DNA of 64,000 nucleotides from Lama glama (lineage: Eukaryota). The position numbers and the translations under genes were made by a program. The DNA lies in assembly GCA_028534125.1 (NCBI GenBank), contig CM052817.1, positions 71,982,001 to 72,046,000 of the forward strand. Direction: 5' to 3'. Below the pieces are notes generated by a model. That model had not been told where the DNA came from. It made no database searches and saw only the letters and a program-made list of their open reading frames with translations. Of this stretch, positions 12,976 to 25,471 are shown in pieces; positions within the stretch are counted from its first letter, which is position 1; every line of letters starts with the position of its first letter.

Positions 12976-13399
12976 AGTCCTTGTTGAGAACATGAAGTTT
13001 ACAACTGTAGCGTCAAATATTATCTGTTCAAAATATTGTTACCAAAATTCAGCTATCTTTAAGTTCTTAGATAAGAAAAAGGTTATGATTTATTAAGGTT
13101 AGAACTTTGTGCTCAATTCATTCACTTATATACATATACATACTCATTAATGTGCCTTGATTAGATTCTCAGGATGGTATTGCAAAAAACATATCGTAAT
13201 TATGAAACATGATGTGAGAAACGATAATGACCAGTATAATACAAGGCATTTAGGTCTGTGGTTTGGGATTCTTGGGATTTTGTAGCAGCACTTATCCACG
13301 TGACTTTGTCCAAGGCATTTTCTGGATCTCAATCTCTAAGTTTTGTACAGTTTTAATGGTGTAATTCTGTCCTATTACTTCTATATTCAAAATATATCT

Positions 13400-13925
13400 T
13401 AAAACCACTTACCATTGTAGTCCCATCTTCATCCAGAGTCTATAAATCCAATCCTTTTTCCTTCTCCAGCCCCATCTCATGTTTTCCTCAGATTTATCCC
13501 CATTGATGTTTTTCATTCCTAAACCACTCTAAGCTCTTCTTTCCCCAAACCTCTGCATTCATTGGTCCCTTTGATTGCATCTCTCTCCCTTGTCTTTTGC
13601 CTGACCATATCCTCCTCATCCTTCAGGGTTCAGCTTTGATGTCAGCTCTTTAGAGACACTTTCTTGATCACCTTATCAAAGTGGATTTCTTCCAACATTA
13701 TGTATCTCAAGCACATTAATTTTCTTGAATCATATTTGGTAATTGTCTTTTTAATTTACTTTCTTTTTTTTCCTGTTTCTCTCTTTGCACCATTAGCTTT
13801 CACTGAACTGCTGGCTCTGTCAAGGGAAGGGAAAACATCTGTATTATTCATCTTTTTAACTGCATCACCTAGTACAATGCCTTCCACCTAGTAGGTGCTC
13901 AATAAATATTTGTCAAATAAATTAA
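13400..13925 (+). mobile_element. L2 3' portion
   Basis: ctcctcatccttcagggttcagct...tgcatcacctagtacaatgccttccacctagtaggtgctcaataaatatttgtcaaataaat (L2 3' terminus). Confidence 0.8.
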
Positions 13926-16900
13926 TATAGGACTTTACAAATGTATGATCTGACAATTAGTTAACTAAAACATAATTTAATGTATTTAAAATTTAAACAA
14001 TATACTTTAAATTTTTTAGGAAAGACATTTAAAAGAATATGTCAATGAGCCCTATTTTGAGATGAAATTATTTCATAATATGAATTCCTTTTTACATTTT
14101 ATCTATGTTGTTATTGCATATTTACTATCTTATTTTTCTTTAAATATTCTGTGGTTTGAATACTTTCTCAATCCAGTTCAGATGGGAGATTTTGGGGAGG
14201 GAATTCATTATTCTGAGGCATTCATTTTGTTTTGTATAATTTTAATCATGTCAGTCTTTATCAGATCCATGTTTATTTAAATATTTATTTCCTTTTGCAT
14301 ATGTTGGGATTGAATATGTTGTTTTAATTAGCGGCATTGCTTTTTTGTTGCTAGATGTGTTGCTTTGGCATTTGACCAAAAGCAAAACAGAATCAGCAGA
14401 GTGTAATCTATGGCAAGGGAACGGAATCTCGCTGTCCAATGATGCTCCATCAGCTATAGGCTGAGACATGGCCCATTCAGCAAAGGATGTACTATAACAG
14501 CTGTAGCTGTGTCCTCCCCGTAGTCACAGTTGCCATTCCTGGGTCTCAGAAGAAAATTTTTTGCTTGACCTCAGATTAGCCTACAATTGGATAACAATGA
14601 AATAAAGTAAAGTTGGAGGGAAAAAAACAATTCTCAAAGGAACACATTACTTTAACAAGTTTCTTTTCTGGATGTTTTACAAGTGGAATATCAAACTTTT
14701 CAGACTCCGTAGTGAGAGTTCATCACATAAATGTACAGAGAGAATAAAATGAATCATACCGTTGCTATGTAAGAAAAATGGCTAATGCCTTTTCCTGAGA
14801 CCTGGCTTGTAATGGTAGTTGATGTATGTTACTGGCTAATTTTTATCCTGGTAAATTATCATTGGGTTTTATTTATTAACCTACTATTTCACTGTTACAT
14901 GTTGATTTCCCATGAACAAACTCCATATTTATTGAGTTCTCCTTATGTCCAAAACATAATGGGAATTTTTTCAAATAAGTAATAATCTCAGTTACACTAT
15001 TGTGAAAGATATGAATGCTATATTGTAGTCCTTTTAAAAAAGGAAATTCTGAATCTGTAATATAAATGATGTCTTTAAAGCCAATTCTATCTCTATGAAC
15101 TGTTTGTCTCTTTTCTAAAGCACATCAATTAAAAGCTGAAAGGTGAGAGGAAGAGGGAAAAGCTAGCTCACTAGGGCTCAAATGCAACTCAACCTCTACC
15201 CAGCAATGAGGTCCTATTGGTTTGACATGGTGGGAAAATATATCCACGTGAAAGGACTAACAGTGCACCAGGACCTCATCATCAGACTATTCTCTCTAGG
15301 GTGCAGTTAAGTACAAGACATGGCTTTGTAAAATTTCCCAGTAAAACTGTATCAAAATGTCATTGGGCCTGGAGTCCCACAGCTTTGAGACAGCCCTGAA
15401 GCCAAGGAAGCCACACCAGAACCACTTACAGATTACTTCCAAACTTTTTTTTTTCCCTAAAAAATATCCAGGAAAAGAAATGAGGAGACAAATATCCAGG
15501 AAACAAAAATTGCTTAAGATTTTAGGCTCTAGAAATAGAATAAAAAGAGCAAACACACGTAAGATTTACCACCTCATCCTACATCGTCATAGTACACATA
15601 TTGGTAATTGTAACATTCTTTTCATATGGGGAAAATAATCAAACATTGGAGAGAAATTGAAAAACATTTCAGGATGATATGTTTATTTCTTATTATTCAT
15701 TTTCAGTAGCAATTACAGCCCAAATTTATGAACATGTAGCCTGCAAAATGCCATTTGGCTATAACATGGTGAAATTTAAAAACCACAAAATCCTTTGCTT
15801 TATAACACATTCACAATAGCAACAAACCTAAGCTATGGCTTAGTGTATACCACTATTACCTGTGTGTAAAAAAAAGAGATTTGGGGGCTATGCAATAGAT
15901 TCAGTAAACTCAATTTTTATCAAGGATGGTATTAAAAAAATAAAACATAGTAAAGCAACCATTGCTATAATAGTGACTGTTTTTCCAACTTTTGTGAAGT
16001 TTGGGACAATCTGAAGACAACTGTAAGATCTTTCTTCCTCTCTGGGGAAGATGTTTCTTTGTGTAATTTTGGGGGGTTTATTTTTATTGTATTATATATA
16101 TATATACTTTTGTAATTATATGAATTATTTTAATCATAGTGTACTTAAATATTTTAAAATTTCTCTCTTTCAGGTCTAAGTATATGAGTGATTATTACCA
16201 TCACTTTTCTGAATCACTTTCTCGTTATTGACAACAGGGTACCCCCAGGCCTTCTAATAAATGGAAGAAGGAGGACTAATCCTCCTCAAGTCAGGCGGAG
16301 TTTGAAGAAACCTTACAGTTCTCAGCATTCATCAGCATCATCATACAAATGTTAATTGTGCAGCTATAGCGTGTGATGCATTGCTGCATCTCATACGTAA
16401 TTTCTAGGACTCCACAGTTGCTCAGCCACATCCCCACAGACTGACATGAAGAATGTGCACCCTACAGTGTAAGGACATACAGAGACAGAACAAGAAAAGC
16501 AAGCAAGAAAACCCCACATACTAGCTCTGTGTATCACTCTTGGGTGGTAACTGAGAGGCCGTGACAAATAGTTCACGTTTAGTCAGGGTGGGGCCAGGAG
16601 GAGCTTGTCATTGCCTTTCAGTAGGTCAAGAAAAGCTTCTTGGAGAGAGACTTTTAAGAAGGGAGTGGAGCCACTAAGTTTGCAGAGAGAGGACGTATCA
16701 GGTGTAAGGTACGTAGTCATGAAGATGGCTGATTGATATTAAGTGAGAAGATTAGACAAAGGAGGCAAGGAATAGATTTGCTTCCCCGGAGTGGTGGGCT
16801 ACCAGAATGATAAGAGTTTTTTCTAGCCACTCTGAGCAAAAGAGACTGTTGAGCCAAAAAAAAAAAAAAAAAAAATCAACCTCAGCAGAGGGTCAGGAAT

Positions 16901-17544
16901 CAAACACAGAGAAGTGTAGCAGATGGGAGAAAGTTCACGGGTACAGTTCAGTTCACAGGGTTGAAAAGAGGACATATCTGAGATGTGGACAAAGATGGGA
17001 ATAGCTTCAGAAAAGACCAGAAGGTGCACTGAAGTGGGTTGAATACCAAACAAGTAAAGGAGGAGCAAAAGCTCAAGGGAGAAAGACGTTTATTCAAACG
17101 CTCCTGTACAAGGAGAGGGTGATTCTAATTTTTCAATCAGAAGGTGCATGAACTCTTGTGATCTGGGCTTAGAGGAGTTAATTCAAAAGAACTGCTAAAA
17201 TGTTTCCCTGTGATTCAGTACAGGCCATAAGGAATTGACAATACCTCTAGAAGCTGCAATTTGCTTAACTGCGGACTTAACTAAGGACTACCCACCCCAG
17301 GGCCGTAGCCTCTACCAGAGCCAAAAACACACTGACCAGTTGTCCCGGTTCCGGAGTACCATGCGGCCAAGCTTTTAGGACACAATTTTCAAAATCATAG
17401 CAACATCTTTCTGAGGCATAGTGATCATCAAATCTGCCCGCAGAATTATGTTACTGTGAAAAGTGGTGTCTTAAAACCCATAAATTCGCGACGTTAGAAT
17501 GAGTTGTTTTTGATATCATTTACAAGCTAAAAAGTACTCAGGCC

Positions 17545-17804
17545 NNNNNNNNNNNNNNNNNNNNNNNNNNNNNNNNNNNNNNNNNNNNNNNNNNNNNNNN
17601 NNNNNNNNNNNNNNNNNNNNNNNNNNNNNNNNNNNNNNNNNNNNNNNNNNNNNNNNNNNNNNNNNNNNNNNNNNNNNNNNNNNNNNNNNNNNNNNNNNNN
17701 NNNNNNNNNNNNNNNNNNNNNNNNNNNNNNNNNNNNNNNNNNNNNNNNNNNNNNNNNNNNNNNNNNNNNNNNNNNNNNNNNNNNNNNNNNNNNNNNNNNN
17801 NNNN
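17545..17804. other. N run (260 bp) in unique sequence
   Basis: Direct observation. Confidence 1.
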
Positions 17805-18450
17805 GTTAGGGTTCTGAAGCATAAATGAAAAGTCAAAAACCTTCTATTATTTACGAAAATGATGCTTATGATTTAAGATTTGTTATTCCCGTTACATCAA
17901 TAGAAATGGTTGGGTTTGAAAATAAGCACGTTACTCATTTTTAATCATCTCTTTCCATTACATAGTTATTTGCTACAAGAATGCACCAATTAAGTGTACC
18001 AAAAAACCTGATTAAAATGAAGGACTTATTATAGATAGCTGCATTTATTTTTAAATATCATGATTCAAGTATCTTAAAATTTTCCACTCATAGGACCTAT
18101 GACTAATGACATGTTTCTCCACCCGAGTAAAGCTTGCTGTTTTCAGTACCTAATTAGTATTCAAGCCTGCTGTGCTCACTTATGCTTAGGATAGTGGAGT
18201 TTCTGAAAAACCTTTCTTGGTCAATAGCCCTCTAATAATATTGATTTCTCTTTGTGCAACATTTTGAATTTGCTAACGTGTTACAAGTGGTATAACATAA
18301 TTTCAAAATGATATCATGAATGGTTCAGTAATTAATATTTTCGAAGAATCGTGCTATTCAAGATGAAAAGATTATTACAGTGATATTACTGAGTCTTGGA
18401 CTTAGAAAAGAAAATTTGCTTTGGAAAGCACATGATCACCTTTCAAGACG

Positions 18451-18582
18451 NNNNNNNNNNNNNNNNNNNNNNNNNNNNNNNNNNNNNNNNNNNNNNNNNN
18501 NNNNNNNNNNNNNNNNNNNNNNNNNNNNNNNNNNNNNNNNNNNNNNNNNNNNNNNNNNNNNNNNNNNNNNNNNNNNNNNNNN
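18451..18582. other. N run (132 bp) in unique sequence
   Basis: Direct observation. Confidence 1.
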
Positions 18583-19499
18583 GCCATAAATGGATGGGAA
18601 CAAAATAGAAAGAATAGCCTTGACATTTTATTTTAGAACTTTAAGAAATACTATTCTAAACAAAACACGGCATATGAAGTCTATTTGTTTTCATCTATGT
18701 AATTAAGACAGTATTATATTGAAGCACAGGAAAGCATAAAAGTTAATGTCCTATAACTATAGCTTCATGGCACAATGCTCTCATTTCATCATGGAAATTC
18801 AGCTTGTTTTTGAGTTGGTTATTCTTTGAATGCCTATATTTAAGGACAATTTATATTAAATGGGGAAGAAAACACTCAATTCTTACTCAGTTCAATTCAT
18901 GCAGCTTGTGGTTTGGTTTAAAGAGCTGTGTACAGGCAAAGGTACCATTTTTCTTGAATCTCCATCATAATGTATTTGCTACTCAAAGCTACCTGCCTCT
19001 GACAGTATGTGTTAGCAGAAAAATGGAAGAATTAAGCTTAAATTTTGTAAGTAAATTATAATCCAATACTTTGAAAGATGTGGTCATTAAAAAAGCCTGT
19101 ACTGTATATAATTTAGAACTATATATCAATAATACACATTTGGTAAAATAAAACACTTAAGAATTCTTTGAATGTGATTTTATCCTTTCTAAATTGTTTT
19201 TATGTGCTGCAAAAATTATTTTATGTTTTTGTCCCACAAGCCTAGTACCACCATCAAGACAGGAATAGTTAATTGCTACATCACTTGAGTATCATTTTGG
19301 TTTCTCACCTGTTCAGAGAAATGCTAGATTAGTTTACAAGTTTAAGTTGAATGGCTGACAGTAAAAGAACTATATACCTCTTGTTAAAATTTGAAACCAG
19401 AAGCTATGTGTTGTATACTTGGGTTTCAAGCAAAGGAAGACAAACCAGTATAGCTAGTACAACTCAGATATTAATTTATTATTTTGTTTTCCAGAAAGA

Positions 19500-19660
19500 A
19501 TAACTCATGGGATGTTAGAGTTTTAACTATATTGTATTGTAGTCTCGTTTTATGGATGAAGCAATGCAAGTGTGAGGCAAAGAAGTCCTGCAGTAAAGGT
19601 CACATAACAGTAAGTGGGGTAACGGGACCTGAGAGCAATTTCTGTTTTTACTACACAGCG
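19500..19660 (-). mobile_element. MIR fragment
   Basis: tctcgttttatggatgaagcaatg...aaggtcacataacagtaagtggggtaacgggacctga. Confidence 0.6.
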
Positions 19661-19920
19661 TGGTTACTAATGGACCAGGGTAATTTAACCCAGCATTTCC
19701 TGGAACTTGGGAGTCAAGATTTCCTGATTCATTTCACAGAAATACTACACTCCATGTTGCTTATAGTTACTGGGTTTTTTTTTTGGATACCTTTAATAAT
19801 AACAAAAATAAAGGAAAAATTAACTTTTAATTGAAAAAGCACAGCAGACAGAGTTATGGATGCCAAAGGAGCCCCCTCAGGCTTTGCTGTTGACACATTT
19901 ATGGTATAAATACTGGAGAA

Positions 19921-20035
19921 GGGGGGATGGTATAGCTTAAGTGGTAGGGTACATGCTTAGCACGCATGAGGTTGTGAGTTCAATCCCCAGAAACTCCTCT
20001 AAATATAAATAAACCTAATTATCCCCTCAAAAAAA
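19921..20035 (+). mobile_element. Camelid tRNA(Ala)-derived SINE (Vic-1 type)
   Basis: G-rich start, A box tatagcttaagtggt, AGC anticodon-like arm atgcttagcacgcat, B box gagttcaatccc, then aaataaacctaattatcccc and an A tail. Approximate TSD aaatactggaga / aaaaagtggaga. Confidence 0.88.
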
Positions 20036-21529
20036 TTTTTTTTAAAAAGTGGAGATGAGTTATGAGACATTTCGAGCTGCACTGATTCTTTAAACTTTGA
20101 GGAGATTATAGTAGAAAATATTTCTCCTCTTGTTTTTGTCCACAAAGGATGCCTTTAAAAAGAGAAGCGACGGTGTCTCACAATTACATAGAACTGATTG
20201 TCTAAATGATTTGAAGCTACTTAAGCATTATTCAACTTACTGGTTTCCAACAATTTGACACTTTTCTGAGAAATAACATCACAACCTGACCACTCTAGGG
20301 GTGAAAACCTACAGAATGGACTTTTCCAATTGAACTAAAGATGTAACCATCCAGGACTCTTAAGAAACAGAGCACAAGGCCAACTGTATGAGGCATGAAT
20401 CAAAGCCTGTTTGTCCAGTTAAGAAAGACCGTTATTAGTATCTGTAAGCGTTAGTGCTTCCTGAAAAACAATTCCCATTGTTTTACTCAACTCGGTTTTT
20501 ATTGCTTGAATTAGATGTGTTAATTATTAAAATGTTATGAAATACAAAATATTGTTATACAAATGTCAATGATTGCAACTTTAATCATATCTTAAATAAT
20601 ATTGTCAGGGCTAAGCTATTCCTTCGGGCTTCATGGTAAATCCAAGTTAGCCTATGCCTCTGGATTTCTAGCTTACTTTCTTTTACACCAAGTTCCAGGT
20701 TTTGATGCATTTTATGCACACGCAGGAAAAAAGAAAGCATTTCTAGATCTAGAGTCTGAAGAAAATGACAAAATATTATATGGAATGTTAATATGGATAT
20801 GAATAAGCATTTAAAAAGTCAGTCAAGAGCTCTGAGGCTAAATTCATCAAGGCCATTGATGCCACCATCTTCAGTGGTGACACCCACATTATAAAATTAT
20901 TTTTCTCTGTGAGGACAACTGCCATAAGTTTTCAAGCAATTTTTGAAAATATAGTTGTATAAAGTTTCCCATGTCTGACATTTTAATTTTGGGTTTGAGA
21001 ATTCTTTTAAAAGAACATAGGACAATTTACTTACTAGATGGTTCTTTAAAGTCCTGGACTTAATATTCTTCATGCAAAATCTAAATCCAAAAGACAGATT
21101 CATTCTATGTCTAATAGGAGCATGGTGAACAATAAGAAAGTTAATGAAGTAAGGCAAGTCAAAGTCTGAACCCAAACTAAGTTCAAGTCAAACACCCATT
21201 CCTTTATTGCTTTTGGTGAGTACAATTAAATGTGATAATTTATGTCCATTAATTGAAGCAGTCTGACATACAAGCCACTGGTAAGTGTACTCCATTTTAT
21301 GTGAGAAACTCCAGGTTTCATGGACTATCAAAGTAGGACTTAATAAGAAATACATCACAGTTAAACAGGTAGACCTTGTGTGAGAAACATTTATACCAGT
21401 CCAGAAAAACCTAGTTGAATTGTTGGCTAGAAAGTCAAGCTGGCAGGGATTAATTTCAGTGTACCTTCTTCTTGTGTGATGTGCTATGGGGATATGACTA
21501 TTGTATTTCAGATAAATAAAGAGAAGGGG

Positions 21530-21765
21530 CTTATGTTTATCAAACACCTTTAGTGTGAGGCACTGTTAAAGTGCTTTACATAAGCCACTATATTTAAACC
21601 TCAAAGAACAGCCTTGTGAAATAGATAATTGTATTATTAACGACATTTTAGAGTTGAGACAATTAAGGCAAAGATAAGTTAAGCAACTTTTTCAAGGTTC
21701 CAAGATACTATTCAAAGCCAGGATTTGGATTCCAATATCCCTTTCCTTTCTACTGCATCACACAG
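21530..21765 (-). mobile_element. MIR SINE
   Basis: gaggcactgttaaagtgctttacat...aacagccttgtgaaatag...agttaagcaactttttcaaggt...aaagccaggatttgga. Confidence 0.8.
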
Positions 21766-22729
21766 TGTGGCAACGCCTTTCTCTGTAAGCTCAATGCAGG
21801 AAACATCCTAGACGTCGTACAAAACTCATTCTATTTACAAATTGTTTGGGAGTTAGGTCTTTTCGGTGACACTCTGATTCGTGAATTCTCTGGGGACAAA
21901 ATGCTTTCGTGACAATAACATATTTTTAAAAACCCCACTGGAATTTTTTTGACGAGTGATAGCAGAAATTGCAGCTGTGTCTGACAAAAATACCTCACTG
22001 CTCGGTATCTATTCGCCTTTGTCCAGCTGAAGAAAAACGGGGCCAACTGTGAAGTTGTTTTCCTTTCAATCTACCACATATTGAGCAGTTACTTGGTACC
22101 AGTTAATGTGTTAGGTGCGGTGCATTCATTTCCCAAGAAGGAGTACAGTTTTATTATCTCCTGTTCCTACTTTTTCATCCTCTCCTCCCCATGTCCCTTC
22201 CAACTCTACATCGGGCAGGCTGGCTCTCTCCCTACTGAATCAGGGAAGAATCTGCTACCAGGCGACAGTATTTATTGACTGAGAGACAATCACACTTCAT
22301 TTTGAAGGTGGTTTTTGGTGTTACCTCAACCAGTATTTGTACTTTTAAACCCCTGGTCAAGGTACGTCAGAATCACTGGTGAACTTGTACAAAGTCTTAT
22401 CGCCGGATGCCACCTCGGCGCCTCAAACCACTACGTGTTTAATTGACACCCCAGGGAACGGCATTTAAGGAAGCTTTCCCTTCTGATGGAAGAGGCTTCG
22501 CTGCGGACAGAATCTAGGGATAAGGAGGGAGCCTGGTGGGGATAATTTTATAGGCTTTTCAGCCCCAGGTTTATGCTTTTCTTCTTTTCTTTCTTCCTTT
22601 ATCTATTCATTTACTCATTCATGTATTTTTAAGCATTTATGATTTGCTGGTAACCATGGGTTAAAAAGCAGTCTTTGCTCGTAGAGAGCTCACAGACCAA
22701 TGGGAAGACATCTGTATCATTCCTACAAA

Positions 22730-23775
22730 CAGTATCTCTCTTAGACCCAGGCAAGGAAGCTCCTGCGCTGGCTGTGTGCTGTAGAAAGCCTCACTCTGGC
22801 TTCTCCTTTGGCTTGTCCCTTCCCATGAGGTGGAGAGTTTGGAGAGTTAAGAAAATATAATCACCAGAGTTTGCCTCCCTTTGAGACCATGCGCTGGATC
22901 TGGGATTCTCTGTGCTCTCCTCTTTCCTGAGTCCTTCCCTTGAACTGTAGCACTGATGTGCACATAGCCAGCCCCAAAGGATGGTCCCAGGGTAGCAGTT
23001 TGTAGGGGTAATAGGTGGAGCTACGACAGGGCCAGGAAGTCGACACGCGCACACGTGAAGCTACTGCAGTGCAGAAGGAAGTCTGCGGAGGGAGTCGGTT
23101 AAGAAGAGAAGTCGATGTGACTCAGGGATTGGGGCAGTTCTCCCAGGGCTCAGACCTTCCAGAAGTTGAAGAACTCTAACTTTGAACCCAGCCATCCGGA
23201 AGGTATATTTCTCAGGGCAAGAGGACAGAATCTATTTTATTTAAGTTTGTCAGCTTGATTTATAACTTAAAATATTTGAGTAGCTAAAGGGGGATGGGAG
23301 AGAGATAAAAAAAGGGGTTCGGGATTAGCAGATTCAAACTACAATATACAAAACAGATAAACAACAAGGCCGTCTGTAGTTGAAAAAGAATACATATGTA
23401 TATGCATAACTGAATCAATTTGCTGTACGCCAGAAACTAATACAACACTGAAAATCAACTATACTATTACATATAAAATAGATAAACACGGCCCTACTGT
23501 ATAGCACAAGGAATGATACTTTCAATACCTTGTAATAGTATATAATGAAAAAGAATATGAAAAAGAATGTATATATATCACTGAATCACTATGCTGTATG
23601 CCAGAAATTAACACATTGTAAACCGACTATATTTCAATAAAACCAAAAAAGACCCCCCCACCCAAATAAACAAGAAAAAAACTCATGATAGATACTGAGA
23701 ATATCTGGGTGGATAGCAAGTGGCCTTCCATTTATATTCTTGCTCTGGACCCTACAAACGTTAGGGGAGAGCTGC
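22730..23775 (+). mobile_element. hAT-Tip100 DNA transposon (MER115/Zaphod-like), split by an L1 tail
   Basis: Starts cagtatctctcttagacccaggcaaggaagctcctgcgctgg, ends ttcttgctctggaccctacaaacgttaggggagagctg. Family recalled from memory. Confidence 0.55.
23285..23685 (+). mobile_element. L1 3' UTR with two tandem terminal segments
   Basis: gggattagcagattcaaactac...ataactgaatcaatttgctgtacgccagaaactaatacaacac, followed by a second ...ctactgtatagcacaagg...ctgaatcactatgctgtatgccagaaattaacacattgtaaaccgactatatttcaataaaa. Confidence 0.85.
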
Positions 23776-24209
23776 CCCTGGAATTAAGATTGCGTTGAGG
23801 AGAGGATTCTCCCGTGTGGGTGAACCAGACAGTATTTGAGCTGAATGTTGCACAATAAGGGAGACTTTCTTTAGGCAAGATGGACAGATGGAGGCCGAGA
23901 GGGGAAGGCAGGGCAGGGCATGGAAAGGCCAAGTGGCTTTAACGCATAAGCAAAGGCAAAGAGGCAGCAAACGGCGTGGAGTGTATTTGGAACATAGTTT
24001 AGCTGGTTGGAATTTAAAGTGCGAGTAGAGCAGAACTTACTGGAAAACTGGTGAAGCTTGGCCTTTAGGTTCTTCCACCTGGACAGTCCCTGACAGACTC
24101 GGGGGGTTGCTGGGAGCTGTGGAGGTTTTAGGTGGAAAGGGGAGGCCAGATTATAGTCTGGAATCATTTCTGTGTGAACGTTTCTGCTTGATTGCCTAGA
24201 GATCTCCAG

Positions 24210-24370
24210 GAAAGGGACCTGTATTTTCAGGTTTCAACATTTGCTGTGGTTTCTTTTTTCATTTGAAATAAACATTTACTTTCATATCTAGTCTTGTTTC
24301 CTCTTTCTTAAAGAAGTTTCCCTCCCCAAATTATAGGTGCCGCAGGCCCCACCGCCTGCGTCTGCGCTTG
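24210..24370 (-). mobile_element. hAT (Zaphod-like) terminal fragment
   Basis: tttgctgtggtttcttttttcatttgaaataaacatttactttc...tttcttaaagaagtttccctccccaaattataggtgccgcaggccccac. Confidence 0.5.
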
Positions 24371-24848
24371 AGTTCAACATACCTTGGAACACAAGGTTAG
24401 ACAAGTTGCAGAGCACAGGACTTGATTCTTTGGAGGCCATGGGAGCCGCCAAGGATTGAGGCAGGCAAGTTATCTGGGTATTTTCGCACAGGGTGCTTTC
24501 AAATGATGGACCATTTGGAGACAATGTGGGACTGGAAACTCTTAGCAATCCCACTGAGTCAGGATGTGTTCCTAGACTAAGGCAGTGGGGGAAGAAGTTT
24601 TATAAAATTAGAAAGACTTCATGTTCGATTAGAAATATATAGTGGAAAGAGTCGAGGATGAATTTGGGGTTTCTCATGTAGAGCCCTTGATGGATATTGC
24701 TCTGATTTGGGGAGAAAAAATAAATTCAGTTTTAAAAGGGTTGGGTTTAAATTTATATAGGCTAATAAGTAGAGATCTCCAGCAGCCAGTTAAATATGTG
24801 ATTCTGAATCTTGGGGAAGATAGCTGGGTTGGCTGGGGATATCTATGG

Positions 24849-24870
24849 ATGTGTGTGTATGTGTGTGTGT
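24849..24870. repeat. (TG)n microsatellite
   Basis: atgtgtgtgtatgtgtgtgtgt. Confidence 0.9.
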
Positions 24871-25430
24871 ACTGACACATATATTCACAACATATTCACA
24901 CACCTGTGTGCATTTGCATGCATGCTTACACATGCTTACGTATCTTCGTAAGCACAAATATATATTTGGGAGTCACTGGCGTAAGTTGAGACCACCAGAA
25001 TGAATAAGGTCAATCAAGGAAAGCATTTAAAAGGAATACACCAGCGAGCTGATGACAGGACTCTGAGAAATGCAAATGTTTCAGTAGTGAACAGAGGAGG
25101 AAGACAAAAAAAGAGAAAAGTAAGAGGTTCCCTAAAATCTTAGAAATCACAGAAAGGCAGGTTTTCCAAGCAGGGAAAAATTAACAGTGCCAATTAAGCA
25201 ATGATATTAAAAAGTATCAACAAAGGAAGTCATTGGAGAGTTTCTGGAGTAGAGTTTAAGTGGAGAAAGAAAGCAGCCTTAGGTGGGTTGAGAATTGACT
25301 CGTGAATGAGGAATAGAAACTGTACTTTAAGAGTAGAGTTACTTTTAAGAGTTAAGTAGCAAAGAGGAGGAAGAGTATACTGTACTCTGAAGGGAACTGA
25401 GAATCAAGTGAGTTCTACTTAACTATCTAC

Positions 25431-25431
<1 letters not shown>

Positions 25432-25471
<40 letters not shown>
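25432..25471. repeat. (TATC)10 tetranucleotide microsatellite
   Basis: Perfect tatc array read directly. Confidence 0.97.

Larger units (their letters stand above)
17100..18700. promoter_or_regulatory. Candidate conserved non-coding block with HOX/CDX-type motifs and two N runs
   Basis: No repeat recognised. CCATAAA at 17478-17484 and 18584-18590, GCATAAA at 17819-17825; CpGs retained at 17300-17495. Confidence 0.4.

Noticed and set aside
19921-19995. tRNA-Ala(AGC) gene
   Set aside because: Acceptor stem does not pair cleanly and the sequence continues into a SINE tail with poly(A) and an approximate TSD.
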